Below are positions 39,825 through 51,700 of a stretch of 64,000 bases of DNA, piece by piece. The notes beneath the pieces are model-generated. The model was not told where the DNA came from and made no database searches. It saw only the letters and a list, made by a program, of their open reading frames with translations. The translations under genes and the position numbers were made by a program. The number at the start of each line of letters is the position of its first letter. The first letter of the stretch is position 1. This stretch comes from Polyangia bacterium (GTDB lineage: Bacteria > Myxococcota_A > Polyangia > JAAYKL01), in assembly GCA_050287845.1 (NCBI GenBank), contig JBNKCR010000034.1, positions 1 to 64,000 on the forward strand, read 5' to 3'.

Positions 39825-42052
39825 CGCATTCTGCCCCGGTGATTCGAAAGAGTGCAATTCCGAGCATCCATGGGGGTGCGGTGGTTAATCCGTTTCCGGG
39901 ACTTCGTCCCTTTGGCCCGGAGGAAGCGGACCTGTTTTTCGGACGTGAACAGCATATTGAGGAACTGCTGCAGCGTCTGGCTTCCAGTCGGTTCGTGGCG
40001 GTGGTGGGAACCTCCGGCAGCGGTAAATCATCGCTGGTGGCTGCGGGGATATTGCCGAGACTCGATGGCGGATTTCGTACACCGTTCGGCAGTTTCTGGC
40101 GCGTGGCCAGAATGCGCCCGGGGGATGATCCCATTGGCAATCTGGCGGTGGCACTTGCCCATGGGACTCACGCACCTGAGGACGAAAACGGCGAAAGCGG
40201 ACTGCATCGTCGGAAAACTGACGATTCCAACACCATTCGTCTGGCGCTAACTGAAACCGGATTGCACCGCAGTCGATTGGGTCTGGTGAAAGCTGCGGGG
40301 GAAATCGGTCTGGGAAAACGGGAGAACCTGCTGGTGGTTGTGGATCAGTTTGAAGAAATTTTTCGATATCGGGCGTTGCGGCAGAACGCACACAGAGATA
40401 CGGCTACTGCGTTCGTTCATCTGTTGCTGAGCGCGGCCAGGCAAACCGATGTGCCGGTGTACGTGCTGATTACCATGCGGTCGGACTTCCTGGGCGAGTG
40501 TGTGCAGTTTCGCGGTTTGGCAGAGGCAATCAATCAGGGACAATATCTGATTCCTCTGCTGAACCGGCGCCAGCGACAGGCAGCCATTGAAGGCCCGGCC
40601 GGGGTTGCCGGGGCAACCGTTTCGGGAACCCTGTTGCAACAGTTACTCAACGATGCAGGGAGTATGACCGATCAGTTGCCAGTGCTGCAGCATGCACTCA
40701 TGAGAACCTTCGATATCTGGCTGGCGCATCTGGACCCCGCAAGAACCATCGATTTGATTGATTACGAAGAAGCCGGCGGAACGGAGACCGCACTGGCCCG
40801 ACATGCGGATGAGGCCTGCCGCGAATTGAACGATGAAGAGCAACGGGTGGCCAGGGTGATGTTTCAGTGTCTGGCGGAACACAGCCGGGATGGTCGCTGG
40901 ATGCGCAGGCCCTGTCGGCTGGGGGAAATATTGGCAGTGGCTGAAACGGACATGCACACCCTGTCGCGGATCATTGATACTTTCACTGCCAATGCCCGAT
41001 CTTTTCTTTTGCTGCAACCGGACACCGGAGAACTTACCCGGGATACGCTGGTGGATCTCTCCCATGAAAGCCTGATGCGTCTTTGGGAAAAGCTGCAAGT
41101 CTGGGGAGAAGAAGAAGTGCGCGCGGCGGAGCAGTTGCGCATGCTGGCAGATGCGGCATTGCGTTATGAACAGGACAAAGGCGGGTTGTGGTCCGACCCC
41201 GAACTTGCCCTTGCATTGAAATGGCAGGAGGAAAAACAGCCGAATCAGATCTGGTCCAATCGCTATGGGGTGGACTACGAAAAAGTGAGGGCGTTCATTC
41301 GAAAGAGTCGGGAAGTGCGGGATTTAAAAGCAGCGGAGCTGGAGCGGGATCGGATGGCAAGATTGGAGCAGGCAGAAGCACTCGCCACAGCAGAACATAA
41401 CAGGGCGGAGGCGTTGCGGCATAAGGCGGCTGCTGAACTGGAGCGGCATCGGGCGGAAGAGGAACGGAACAATGCGGAACAATTGCGTCAGCATGCCCGA
41501 CAACTGAAAAAGTGGATGGCGCTCGTGGGCGTGCTGGCCTTTGCGGCGCTGTCGGTGGCCGGCGTTGCGGTGACTCAGAAAACGGCGGCGGAGGTGGCGC
41601 GGTTGCATGCAGAGGAAGAACGCCAGAGAGCTGAACACGAAAAAGCGGAGGCAGATCGGGCGCGGTATGAAGCCCGGCGCATGGAGATGGCGGCTCGGGT
41701 TTCTGAACAAAAAGCGCGAAAGGCGGAAAAACAGGCCCTGGATGAAAAAAGAACAGCAGAATACCTGAAGCAAAAAGCCGACGAGCAGCGCGAAGAAGCG
41801 GAGAGGCAAAAAGCAATGGCGGAACAACAGAAACGGAACGCAAAATTTGCCAGATGGACCGCTTTAAAGGCGAAGAAGCAAACAGAATCGGCGGAAACCC
41901 GCGCTGTGGTTAACGAAACCCGCGCCGTCAGGGCACTGAGCCAGGCGAAACGGGCAGAAGCGGAACGGTTGAAAATGAAAGCGGAACTGCTTCAGAAGCA
42001 CCGGGAAAAGGCGCTGGAAGATGCAAGAGACCAGATACCCGAATGGAAATAA
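39821..42052 (+). CDS. nSTAND1-type NTPase with TM helix and coiled-coil tail
   Basis: NPFPGLRPF...FFGRE, GTSGSGKSS, VVDQFEEIF, MRSDF, LPVLQHAL, LSHESL..W; TM WMALVGVLAFAALSVAGVAV. Confidence 0.88.
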   Translation: MTHSAPVIRKSAIPSIHGGAVVNPFPGLRPFGPEEADLFFGREQHIEELLQRLASSRFVAVVGTSGSGKSSLVAAGILPRLDGGFRTPFGSFWRVARMRPGDDPIGNLAVALAHGTHAPEDENGESGLHRRKTDDSNTIRLALTETGLHRSRLGLVKAAGEIGLGKRENLLVVVDQFEEIFRYRALRQNAHRDTATAFVHLLLSAARQTDVPVYVLITMRSDFLGECVQFRGLAEAINQGQYLIPLLNRRQRQAAIEGPAGVAGATVSGTLLQQLLNDAGSMTDQLPVLQHALMRTFDIWLAHLDPARTIDLIDYEEAGGTETALARHADEACRELNDEEQRVARVMFQCLAEHSRDGRWMRRPCRLGEILAVAETDMHTLSRIIDTFTANARSFLLLQPDTGELTRDTLVDLSHESLMRLWEKLQVWGEEEVRAAEQLRMLADAALRYEQDKGGLWSDPELALALKWQEEKQPNQIWSNRYGVDYEKVRAFIRKSREVRDLKAAELERDRMARLEQAEALATAEHNRAEALRHKAAAELERHRAEEERNNAEQLRQHARQLKKWMALVGVLAFAALSVAGVAVTQKTAAEVARLHAEEERQRAEHEKAEADRARYEARRMEMAARVSEQKARKAEKQALDEKRTAEYLKQKADEQREEAERQKAMAEQQKRNAKFARWTALKAKKQTESAETRAVVNETRAVRALSQAKRAEAERLKMKAELLQKHREKALEDARDQIPEWK

Positions 42053-42070
42053 TGGTGAGGAGCAGGCAAT

Positions 42071-43300
42071 ATGACGCCCAGGTTTTATTTATTGTGTACG
42101 GTGGTGTTTCTGTGGCCGCTATCGGCTTTTTCTCAGGGGAATGAGGCAGAACCGCCGCCGCACACCGGGCCCACGGTGTTGCCGACAGTCGTCCGGGATG
42201 CGGCAGCGAATACCGGCGGTGTGGACAGTGCGGGGGATAACCGCATCGAATCGGCAGAGACTGCAATGACCGGTGCAACGTTGGATGAAAATCGGGTTGC
42301 CGCCAGAAAAGCATATGACGCTGGACGGGAGTTGATACTCAACGGAGATTTCGTTCGGGCCTGCAGTGCGTTTGAGCATGCGCTTTCATTCGTTCGACTT
42401 CCCATTATCCTCTTTGCTGCTGCCCAGTGCCGAAAAGATCTGGGGCACGATGTGGAGGCGTTGTATCTTTTCAGTGGCGCATTGAAAGCGAATGAGCGGG
42501 CCGCGAGGGTACATCCTGAAAGTGACTGTCTGACACCGATACAGGCGGAAGCCGCATTCCGGAATATGGAAGATTTGCTGAAGCGATTTGTACAGGTTGA
42601 ATTTATTGCACCAGAGGGAGATGCTGTGGTCGGCGTTCGGGTAAATGGTGAATTGTTTGGAAATGTTCATATCTTTGCGACGCGGCGCCCCCTGGATGAC
42701 AGAGCGGATGAGGCAGAGGCAGTGTTGTCTTACGGCCCGGGGGGCCCTATCGATATCAATTTAGGTGTGGCAAAGAAGCAGCTGGAAGACATGGGGGCAG
42801 TTCATCCGATACCGCAGAAGTTGTTGGCCGCATGGTGGATGAAACCGGGAAGCTATACGTTTGATTTGCAGTTGAAGAGTGGTCAAAAGATGTTCCTCAA
42901 GCACCAGGAAATCACCGGGCCACACAGTATTATCGATCTGCAAAAAGAAAATTGGCCGGCATATGTGGTTGTGGAAGAAATCCCGCCGAACACCAGGCTG
43001 ATGCTGAAAGGTGTAAACCCACAGACCGTGCTGGTTGATCTGCCCGAACAGACGGAACGAACGCGGAATTTTGAAATTTCGGTGCCTCGTCCGGGGAACT
43101 ATGAGCTGATTGTCACCCGAAAAGGATATCGGGATATTGGGCAGCGCGTAAAAATGGATGCGGGCCAACGGCAGGCGGTGTACCTGGATTTCAGACAGAA
43201 ACCACTCTTTCGAAAATGGCAATTCTGGGTGGGAATTGGTGTGGCAGCAGCCGTGTTTGCCGGCGCGTCAGTGCCAATGGTGTATGCCGCCAGGCATTGA
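42071..43300 (+). CDS. Exported TPR + PEGA-like protein with C-terminal hydrophobic anchor
   Basis: Signal peptide; ARKAYDAG..A...FE.A TPR; PGNYELIVTRKGY PEGA-like; WQFWVGIGVAAAV. Confidence 0.7.
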   Translation: MTPRFYLLCTVVFLWPLSAFSQGNEAEPPPHTGPTVLPTVVRDAAANTGGVDSAGDNRIESAETAMTGATLDENRVAARKAYDAGRELILNGDFVRACSAFEHALSFVRLPIILFAAAQCRKDLGHDVEALYLFSGALKANERAARVHPESDCLTPIQAEAAFRNMEDLLKRFVQVEFIAPEGDAVVGVRVNGELFGNVHIFATRRPLDDRADEAEAVLSYGPGGPIDINLGVAKKQLEDMGAVHPIPQKLLAAWWMKPGSYTFDLQLKSGQKMFLKHQEITGPHSIIDLQKENWPAYVVVEEIPPNTRLMLKGVNPQTVLVDLPEQTERTRNFEISVPRPGNYELIVTRKGYRDIGQRVKMDAGQRQAVYLDFRQKPLFRKWQFWVGIGVAAAVFAGASVPMVYAARH

Positions 43301-43550
43301 TGCCATCAGAATGAAAACACTTCTGCTGTATAATTTTTAAAATATAAAAATTTGTTGGTTTACAAGTCGTTAAATACGGTTTTCTTGCGGGATGTACTGC
43401 AATTGTTGACTGCGTTTTCTGGGGATAGTGGTAGTGTTCGATGGAACGCCGTATATGGCGTTGGCAAATAAAATTCTCAGACTTGTCCCAGTTTTGACGA
43501 TACCGGGAACTATTATAAAAATTGAAATGCATTTTTTTTGGAGGTGTATA

Positions 43551-45752
43551 ATGAAGAGCTTACTCAGGTTAATTCTTTTACTTTGTCTATTGTTCGGTGT
43601 GGTGTCGTGCGGTGGGGAGAACGAACCATCGGACGATGGCACAAACAGTGACAGCGATTCGGACAGTGACACGGATAGCGACAGCGATTCGGATAGCGAC
43701 AGCGATTCGGATAGCGACAGTGATTCGGATGGCGACAGTGATTCGGACAGCGACAGCGATTCGGACAGTGACAGCGATTCGGACAGCGACAGCGATTCGG
43801 ACAGCGACACGGATAGCGACAGCGATTCGGACACGGACAGTGACAGCGATTCGGACACGGACAGCGACAGCGATTCGGACACGGACAGTGATTCCGATTC
43901 AGATACGGACACCGATTCCGATGCAGACGATCCTTGCGGCGGCACGGGCGTGATTTCAAATTTTGACGATGGGAAGCCATCTGTGAACGATGTCACCAAT
44001 TCCGGACTGAAGAATGCGGAATGGGGCACGTTTGACGATGGTTCCGGTACCATCGATATGGCTGTGGAAGATGGCGGCTCCGGTACCTGCGGCAAAAACG
44101 CTCTGCACGTATCCGGATCCGGTTTCAGTAGCTGGGGGTGCGGTGCGGAGTTCTTTCTGAAGGGAACTTATGATCCGCCCAACAACGTGACCGAACCGGT
44201 GGATCTGGGTGACTATGTGGGGATTCAGTTTGCCGCCAAAGTGGGTTCCAATCATGCCAATCCGGTGCGAATGAACGTGGTGATGCCCGAAACCGAAAGC
44301 ATTGACAATGCGCCCAACAATGGGGGCTCCTGCGATCCCGATGAAGAAGGGTCTGATGCCTGTAACGATCATATGGGCCGTTTCTTCTGGACCGAAGAAG
44401 ACAACCCGAGTCTGGCACTGCCAATGACCGGCGAATGGCAGACATTCACGTTCTGTTTTGACAAAGATCTCTTTCCCCAGTGGCTTCCCAGCAATGTCAG
44501 CGCGGAACAGCGACGTACATTGGCGAAGCGATTTTTGAAACTGCAGTTCCAGTTCAACAAGAGCCTCGATGTGCAGGCAACCGTGTTCAACAGCAGCAAT
44601 CCCACTCTGCATTCCCTCGCTGATCCATTTGATCTCTGGTTGGATGATGTACGGTTGATAAAGGATGCATCACTCTGTGACAACGATCCGACCTCCGATT
44701 GGGAACCAATTAACACACCGGGCGGTTCCTGTGAGATTGCACCGGAGGCAGCCCGATTTAATGGGTTTATCGAAGACCTGTACGAACACTGGAAAGAAGA
44801 GTTCCTCGAAGGGGGACGTGTCATGATGCCGGAACAGATGGGAGATGGGACGACCTCGGAGTCTCAGGGATATGGCATGCTGTTGTCGGTGAGCATGAAC
44901 GATCGGGAGACGTTTGACAAAATCTGGGCGGAAACCCAGACAAAGCTTTCCGGTGGTGTGGTAACCTGGTCCTGGGGTGGCGGTCAGGGCTCTGCGACCG
45001 ACGGTGACGAAGATGTGGCCTATGCCCTGATTCTTGCCGATGCCAGAGGCTGGGGAACCGGCGGTGACGCGGCCAACATGGTCAAGGCAATCTGGAGCAA
45101 TGATGTGAGCGCCGCAGAACCGAGAATCAAGCTGGGCAGTCAATACGATGTCGCATTCAACCCGTCCTACTTTGCCCCGTATTTCTATCGAAAATTTGCA
45201 GACATCGATTCGGGCAACTGGAGTGGCGTCATCAGCAGTGGCTATGGTACGGTTTCTTCGTGTCAGGCCGGAAATGGATTGGTCGCTGACTGGTGCAGTT
45301 TCAGCGGCGATGCGACTTCTGCCAGCAGCGTAGGAGCGCAGGTGTGCGGTGAAGGCATGTGCGGTGATACCGTTTACGCCTATGAGGCCGCCCGAATGGG
45401 CTTGCGGTTGGGCGTGGATGCCTGCTGGGGGTCCGGTTCCAATGCATCTGGCATTCTGGGGGATCTGGTGTCCTTCTTTGCTGACCGTTTTGACGGCGGT
45501 GATTCACTGGGAAAAATGGAAGCCGGTTATCTGCTGACCGGAACTCCCCACAACAGTGCAGTGGAGAATCAGGCATCCTTCATTGGCCCGCTGGGGATTG
45601 CCGCCAAATCCACCGGAGACAGTGGCGTATTGGACAACGCGTTCAGAACCACTATGGATATACTCGAATCACCTCAGTTCAATCGGGTGTATTATTCCAC
45701 GTCGCTGGGCATCATGTCTCTGCTTGAAATGTCCGGTAACGTTCCTCACTGA
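43551..45752 (+). CDS. GH8 glycoside hydrolase lipoprotein with CBM-like beta-sandwich and Asp-Ser stalk
   Basis: VVSC lipobox; [43 protein letters not shown]. Confidence 0.85.
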   Translation: MKSLLRLILLLCLLFGVVSCGGENEPSDDGTNSDSDSDSDTDSDSDSDSDSDSDSDSDSDGDSDSDSDSDSDSDSDSDSDSDSDSDTDSDSDSDTDSDSDSDTDSDSDSDTDSDSDSDTDTDSDADDPCGGTGVISNFDDGKPSVNDVTNSGLKNAEWGTFDDGSGTIDMAVEDGGSGTCGKNALHVSGSGFSSWGCGAEFFLKGTYDPPNNVTEPVDLGDYVGIQFAAKVGSNHANPVRMNVVMPETESIDNAPNNGGSCDPDEEGSDACNDHMGRFFWTEEDNPSLALPMTGEWQTFTFCFDKDLFPQWLPSNVSAEQRRTLAKRFLKLQFQFNKSLDVQATVFNSSNPTLHSLADPFDLWLDDVRLIKDASLCDNDPTSDWEPINTPGGSCEIAPEAARFNGFIEDLYEHWKEEFLEGGRVMMPEQMGDGTTSESQGYGMLLSVSMNDRETFDKIWAETQTKLSGGVVTWSWGGGQGSATDGDEDVAYALILADARGWGTGGDAANMVKAIWSNDVSAAEPRIKLGSQYDVAFNPSYFAPYFYRKFADIDSGNWSGVISSGYGTVSSCQAGNGLVADWCSFSGDATSASSVGAQVCGEGMCGDTVYAYEAARMGLRLGVDACWGSGSNASGILGDLVSFFADRFDGGDSLGKMEAGYLLTGTPHNSAVENQASFIGPLGIAAKSTGDSGVLDNAFRTTMDILESPQFNRVYYSTSLGIMSLLEMSGNVPH
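43647..43922 (+). repeat. Coding repeat (Asp-Ser/Thr)
   Basis: gacagcgattcg-type array. Confidence 0.95.
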
Positions 45753-45796
45753 ATCTATCCATTTTCCCGGAGTCGTGCTGACCGAAACGTCGAAGG

Positions 45797-47167
45797 TTAC
45801 TTTTCCGCGCCGGCATCCCGGGTGCAGGCGATCGTATAAGTGTTGTCCCCGTTCGGTTCTGGCCCCACGATGACCGGAGAACCGGTGCGTTTGTCGATAC
45901 CCCAGTACGCATCCGTACCTGTCACCCTTGTTGCACTGAGGATGACAGACGATGTCGGTGGTCCCCAGTTCAGTTCCTGGGGAAGCCAGGTGTGGAGAAA
46001 CGAATCTGCGCCCAGAAGCGGGCACACGGCGCATGACCCTTCTTCAAAATATGACGGTCCCAGTCCGCATTCAGTGGCCGGTTCATAGTGGTACGCAATC
46101 AGACTCGGATCCTTGTCGTAATCATCAATCACCAGCGATTTGCAATCCGCTTCAGCGCAGGCGGTATCGGTGCATGAGCCGATGTCACACTGTCCGTCGC
46201 TTTCATTGGTTTCGCACCCCCGAATGAGACTTCGAACTTCGTCAATGGTGGCCAAACGCCAGTCCGTGTACCGCTGGCTGTAGTTCAGTTGGCTGCATGA
46301 ATCGGCGGTGAGCTGCGCTTCAGCGATATTCAGGGAAGGCAGGTATTGAAAGCCATTGATGGGCCACATCAGTTGGGTGCTGGAATCCAGACACGCATGT
46401 TTCCCGTCGAAATCGCATTCGAATCCCGGGGTTGGGTGCCATTCATATTTGCATCGACAAGCTTCGGGGGCATTGGCATCCAGAGTGGTTTCCCCATATG
46501 CGATACAACCGTTCAATTCGCTTTCTGCGCCAGTAATCGTCCAACAGGGTGCAACTCCGACAAACGTGGCATCGCCCACGGTCAGGTATACAGGTCTTCC
46601 TTCAGCTTGCCCGAGTCCTTCAATGATTTGCTGGTGGCACTCCTCTTCGTTCCCCTCTCCGCCTCCCACGTAGGTGCAGAATCCCCTGGATTCTTCTGTT
46701 TCGCAGGTTTCCTCGTCGGAATACGTGTGCATTTCCACCCATTGGCAGTCCGCCCAGCAATCGTCGCATTCGAAGTTCACGTGGGCGACAATTTGCGAGC
46801 TGGCTTCGCATTCGTCCGGGCTGGCAGATAGTTCGCAGCGACGCACCCGTTCTTCCAGGGTCAGAACGGGTCGGGTATCGGTTTCAGATTCGAAATCTTC
46901 GCTTGAATCGTCAGTGGGGATATCGATAGTCGAATCTGACTCGGAATCTCCTTGTGCACCCACGGTTGCGCTGTCGGTGACCGAATCTCCTGTGACTGAA
47001 TCGCCCGGAGCGTCGGTTGGAGACGCCGTGTCGGTTGGAGATACCGTGTCGATTCCGGAATCAATGGGCGTTACCGCGTCGGCCTCGTGTTTGAAAGTGC
47101 ACGAAAGCAGACCGAAAACTGCTGTCAGATAAAAAAATGAAAACAGAAGAGGGAATAGCTTTTTCAT
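45797..47167 (-). CDS. Cys-rich lipoprotein with DUF1566 (Lcl)-like domain
   Basis: LLSC lipobox; D..TQLMW, YTDWRLATIDEVRSL. Confidence 0.7.
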   Translation of the reverse strand: MKKLFPLLFSFFYLTAVFGLLSCTFKHEADAVTPIDSGIDTVSPTDTASPTDAPGDSVTGDSVTDSATVGAQGDSESDSTIDIPTDDSSEDFESETDTRPVLTLEERVRRCELSASPDECEASSQIVAHVNFECDDCWADCQWVEMHTYSDEETCETEESRGFCTYVGGGEGNEEECHQQIIEGLGQAEGRPVYLTVGDATFVGVAPCWTITGAESELNGCIAYGETTLDANAPEACRCKYEWHPTPGFECDFDGKHACLDSSTQLMWPINGFQYLPSLNIAEAQLTADSCSQLNYSQRYTDWRLATIDEVRSLIRGCETNESDGQCDIGSCTDTACAEADCKSLVIDDYDKDPSLIAYHYEPATECGLGPSYFEEGSCAVCPLLGADSFLHTWLPQELNWGPPTSSVILSATRVTGTDAYWGIDKRTGSPVIVGPEPNGDNTYTIACTRDAGAEK

Positions 47168-47432
47168 TATGCGCTCCTGTGGATACGGATGGTGTTCCAT
47201 CATTATCAAACATCTGTCTATACACAACAACCGTGCCATGATTGACGACTGATTTCATTCAGCATATCGGCACCGTGAGACACGGTTGCTACACGCCAGG
47301 AGATGTACCGGCGAGTCAGGACCATCCTTGTTTCGGTACATTTTTATTCGGAAGGCGGTTATTTTACCGGTCCAGTAAATGTGATCCAATGAGATTGTTT
47401 TTCTGGCACAGAATGTGTCAGTTCCTCGCGAT

Positions 47433-48035
47433 TCAGAACTGGCTGAAGAAATCCAGTATGGTCTGGGGCGCGGTCTCCCGTGGGTAGTTGTGTCCCTCCT
47501 CCGGATCGGTGTATGTGCACCAGACAACCGGATAGCCTTCGTTGCAGCCGTTGTAATCAACACAGTCAAGACCGGTTGCCGCATAGGTTGCTGAATCGGA
47601 AGTGCATCCGTTTTTTCCAGGCCAGTAGTCCCGGCTCCCTTTCCCCGATGTGATATCCACGGTGGTATCGTTGGTACCGTGAATCACCATGACGGCGAGT
47701 TCGCCCACGCATCCCGGGTCGAATCCACCCCACGATGGACCGCCACCGGATACCGGCGCAATGCCGCGAAGCACATCACCCCGGTGACATCCCAGGTAGT
47801 TGCTGAAAAAACCGCCCATACTGTGTCCGGAAGCAAAAATTCGATTTTCGTCGATACACAGAATTTTTTTCATGTGGGCCACCAGGTCGTCGAAAAAAAA
47901 TAAATCCGTATCGCCATCGGTTATCCAGCGGGTTTCGCCTTCTGCCCCCAGTGCGTCCGGATGCACGGTAATCATTTCTTCCTGCCAGGCGGACAGGGTA
48001 TTTCCATACCAGCGATCTGGCGGATAAATATGGCT
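47433..48035 (-). pseudogene. N-terminally truncated LpqP/PHB-depolymerase/feruloyl-esterase-like hydrolase
   Basis: GHSMGG, IHGTND, GH; in-frame TGA about 20 codons upstream of the ATG at 47975; no signal peptide or N-terminal strands. Confidence 0.6.
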
Positions 48036-48112
48036 TCATTATGACATGTCAGAAACCGCTATGGTGAAAAAAGTATGGCGCGATATGGGGAAACGACAAG
48101 GGGAGTGTGGAT

Positions 48113-48487
48113 TCAGACGGCAATCGGGAAAATCTCCGCCCTGGACAATTTTCTGAAATTCCGATAGTTGACTTTCGACGCAGATCGCGACGATGCCTGC
48201 AATTCGATGGTATCGAATGCATCCCCGAGAGTTGCATACAAATCCCGTCCATCTCCCGGACGGGAGGACCTTCGGACAGAGAGCGTTTTGCCGGGAACGC
48301 GGGCTGTAATGGTAACCGCTCTCGGATTCTGGGTTCGATGCTGCTGATGCGGAGAGGATACTGTCACGCAGCACTGAACAATATCACCATGTATTTTTTT
48401 CAGCCTCCGGAATTTGTTCTCTATATATTGGATAAGATGATCCGTGTGGGGCGTGTCTTTGAAGGTTATGGACAAGGCATTTCTCAT
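48113..48487 (-). CDS. HPF/RaiA-family ribosome-associated protein
   Basis: ITFKD, YIENKFRRL, DLYATLGDAFD; aaggagg RBS. Confidence 0.8.
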   Translation of the reverse strand: MRNALSITFKDTPHTDHLIQYIENKFRRLKKIHGDIVQCCVTVSSPHQQHRTQNPRAVTITARVPGKTLSVRRSSRPGDGRDLYATLGDAFDTIELQASSRSASKVNYRNFRKLSRAEIFPIAV

Positions 48488-48759
48488 GGGTTGACCTCCT
48501 TGAATCGCGTTTGTTGCTGAATCTGTTACGTACTCTCAGGATATAACGCCGGTGCCGTGGAATTATTTCCGATATCGTCGGACAAAAATGACGCGCCGGA
48601 CTGGATGCAGCAGCGAGGTGGTCGTACAATTGGCGGGCGCCCTGATTTATATTTCAGATCATATACCTGTCTGTTTTAAAGGGTATTTTCTGGAGCGTTC
48701 CGTGCAAAAGGTGTTACCATGGCATACTTGATGACGCTCAGAAACATTCAAATGCGATA

Positions 48760-51700
48760 ATGGCCAGAAGACTCAGACTACAGAACCGCAAAGATCGCCG
48801 ACGCTTTCAGAGGCCGGTGCGGGAATATACCGATAAGCCGAATTCCAATGGGTTTTCTCTGAAGTTCGCCGGTGGCAGAGGGATCCTGGAATTGTCGGGG
48901 GAATCGATTTTCGATGGGATTACGGTTGAATTGCTGGAAATGGTTATCGATAATATCGCATTTCCGTTCGATGTGTCCCGGGGAGTTTCCGGACTGGCCA
49001 GCCGGCGGCTGAAATTACACCGGATATCAATCGAAGTCGCTCTTGATGCCGTTTCCGGGTATCTGTCTCAACGCATTGCACACAACCCGTGGATGCACGG
49101 GCTGGAGCTGGCTTTCTATGACGATCATATATCGGTTTCTCTGATGTATGGCCCGGTAGAGACGGCCGTTCCATTCAGCTTTCGCCTGATACCGGTTTCC
49201 TGGCAGAATGCTTTTGCGCTGATGATTGACGACGTGCGATGCTATGGGGCAATGCCTGCACCTCTTTTCAGTATCAGCGCCATATGTGCCACCGAACTGA
49301 CGGGCTTCGAGATGGAAGGCAGTTTTGTCATTCCGAAAAATCCCGTGAAGCTGGCGCTGCTGCATCTGCTTCCGGCGAAAGGGTGGCGGTTGCCGTCGTA
49401 TGATGACGTGCAGGTGGAGGAATTTTCCCTGCAGTCGCGTCGGTGCAGTATTTCTTTTAAAGCGGAAAGTGGTTCGGATTCCAGCGGGGATATTTTACGG
49501 ACACTGTTGAGTATGCCCACTCTCAAACGGTTTGAGGAACTTCGTGCCAGCCGGGATGTGGACACGCTGATTGCAAGGGGGATGATGGATGAGGCGCGAC
49601 GTCAACTGTCTGGACAGTTCAATCGGACGCCGGATAATCCGTCGGTGGTGACCCGTCTGGCGATGCTCAACATTCTGGAACCCACACTGCGCAGGGCCGA
49701 GCTCAAGCGCCTGCTGGAAAAACTGTCCGTCTGGCAGAATCGCTCCGACGCTCTTTCAATCGTTGCCCATGGGGCCGCGCTGGATGGTGATGTGGAGATG
49801 GAAATGACGGCGCTGGCACAGCTTTTTGAATCGGGAACCCCCGCCGAAAAGGTGTTGACCGCGCTTCGCATTGCGGAGGTGGTGGGAAATACGGAACCCT
49901 CCCGGGCGATCGGGTTTCTGGAACAGGCAGCCAGCGTGCGACGGGATAATCCGGAGGTGTTGCTGGCTCTGATGGAACTGTATGGGGTGGAGCGGGACAT
50001 TGCCCGTCTCAAAACGGTCATCAGCAGATGGACTGTCATTCACAGTGAGCAGGTGGAACAATCGGCCGCACATCTGGAGGCGGGTCGGGTGCTGCTGAGC
50101 GTATCCGAATGGTATGCCGCGGCAGCGCATTTTGAAAATGTGCTGGTTGCCGATCCCCAGAATGAGGATGCGCAATGGGGACTGGCCGCAGCCCTTGCAG
50201 GCAAAGGGGATGCACCGCGGGCCATCACGGCGTATGAGCAACTGGCCGAGAAAAGTCGAAAAAAGGGCGCAGACCACACCTGGGCGGAAGCGCTTGCTCA
50301 CATCGGCGCACTCTGGCTGGAACAGGAAGAGCCTGAACTGGCGGTATCCAGACTGCAGGAGTCCATCGGTGTGAATCCGGACAGCGTCGTGCAGATGAAA
50401 CTGGCTGAGGCGTTGATAACCCTCGGGCGCTTTGAGCAGGCGGTGATGCATTACGAGGAAGCATTGGAAACCGCGCCCCGCAAAGATGATGCATTTGGAA
50501 AAGGGGCATTGACTCTGGCCAGACTTTTTTTTCAGGAACTTGAAGACTTTGATGCGGCCAGACACTGGATTGAGCAGGCGAAGCGAATTGAAAGCGTCCG
50601 GGCTGAAGCTCTGGAACTCAATATCCAGGTTCTGGAAAAGCAGAAAAAATGGCGGGAACTCGCTGTGGCCCTGGAGCGGAATCTGCTGAAGGAAGGACCG
50701 AATGCCTCCCTGGATACTGTGGCGCGATTGGCCAGAGCCAGAATTGCCGCGGGAGAATTGACCTCGGCTATATCGACCATTGAAAGCGCGTTGGCGCAGC
50801 ATCCCCATCACGCCATATTGCTCGATGTGTATATCGATGCTCTCCGGCGTCACAAAGATCACGACCGACTGGCGGATGCACTGCAGCGACGGGTCGAAAC
50901 CATTTCTTCGGACGAAACGCGGGTGCGATTGTTGACCGAGCTTGGCCAGGTACAGCATGGTACCGGAAAGGTGGCGGATTCGCTGTCGGCCTTCAGGGAA
51001 GCAGTGACACTGGCACCCGGGAATATGACCGCTCGGGCCGGACTGGTCGAAGCGATGCGTGCCACACACGATGAGCGCCTGCCGGATGAGCTGAACCGGT
51101 TGATTGCCATGTACGATGAAGAGGGAGAGGTGACTAAAGTTGCCGAGACCCAGTTCGCACTCGCCGAAGAGTTGTTCCGGGTCGGGGAAAGCCGAAAGGC
51201 GATTTCACTGGTAAAGGAGGCCCTGCCCAGGCTGGGCGGCGGAAAGCGAAAAGGGGCGACGCTTCTGGTCATGGCGCAATCCCTGCTGGCGGAAAAGGAA
51301 TATGCCATTGCCAGAGAAATTCTGGAAGGCATCGAGCCGGATGGCGATGCGGTGGACGGGTTTTCGGTATCGCTGTCGCTGGCCACGGCGTCATATCACC
51401 AGGGGGACTTTGAAATGGCGTACCGATCAGCGGTGGCCGCCGGGTCGGGACCGGTCGCTCTCCGCGGCAAGGCGCTACGGATACTGGTGGATGCGGCGAT
51501 TCATATTGGAAAATTGCGCGATGCATTGGGCGTTTTAAAACGTGTGGCTGAAAATATCGGAGAGGACGAAGCCATGGCGTTACTGGAATACGGCGCGGAT
51601 CTGGCGTGGCGGGAACTGGAAGATATTCGGTTGGCCCGGGATTTTTACGAGAGTATCTTTGCGCTTTCTCCCGACAACGATCGGGCGCGGAATCGATTGA

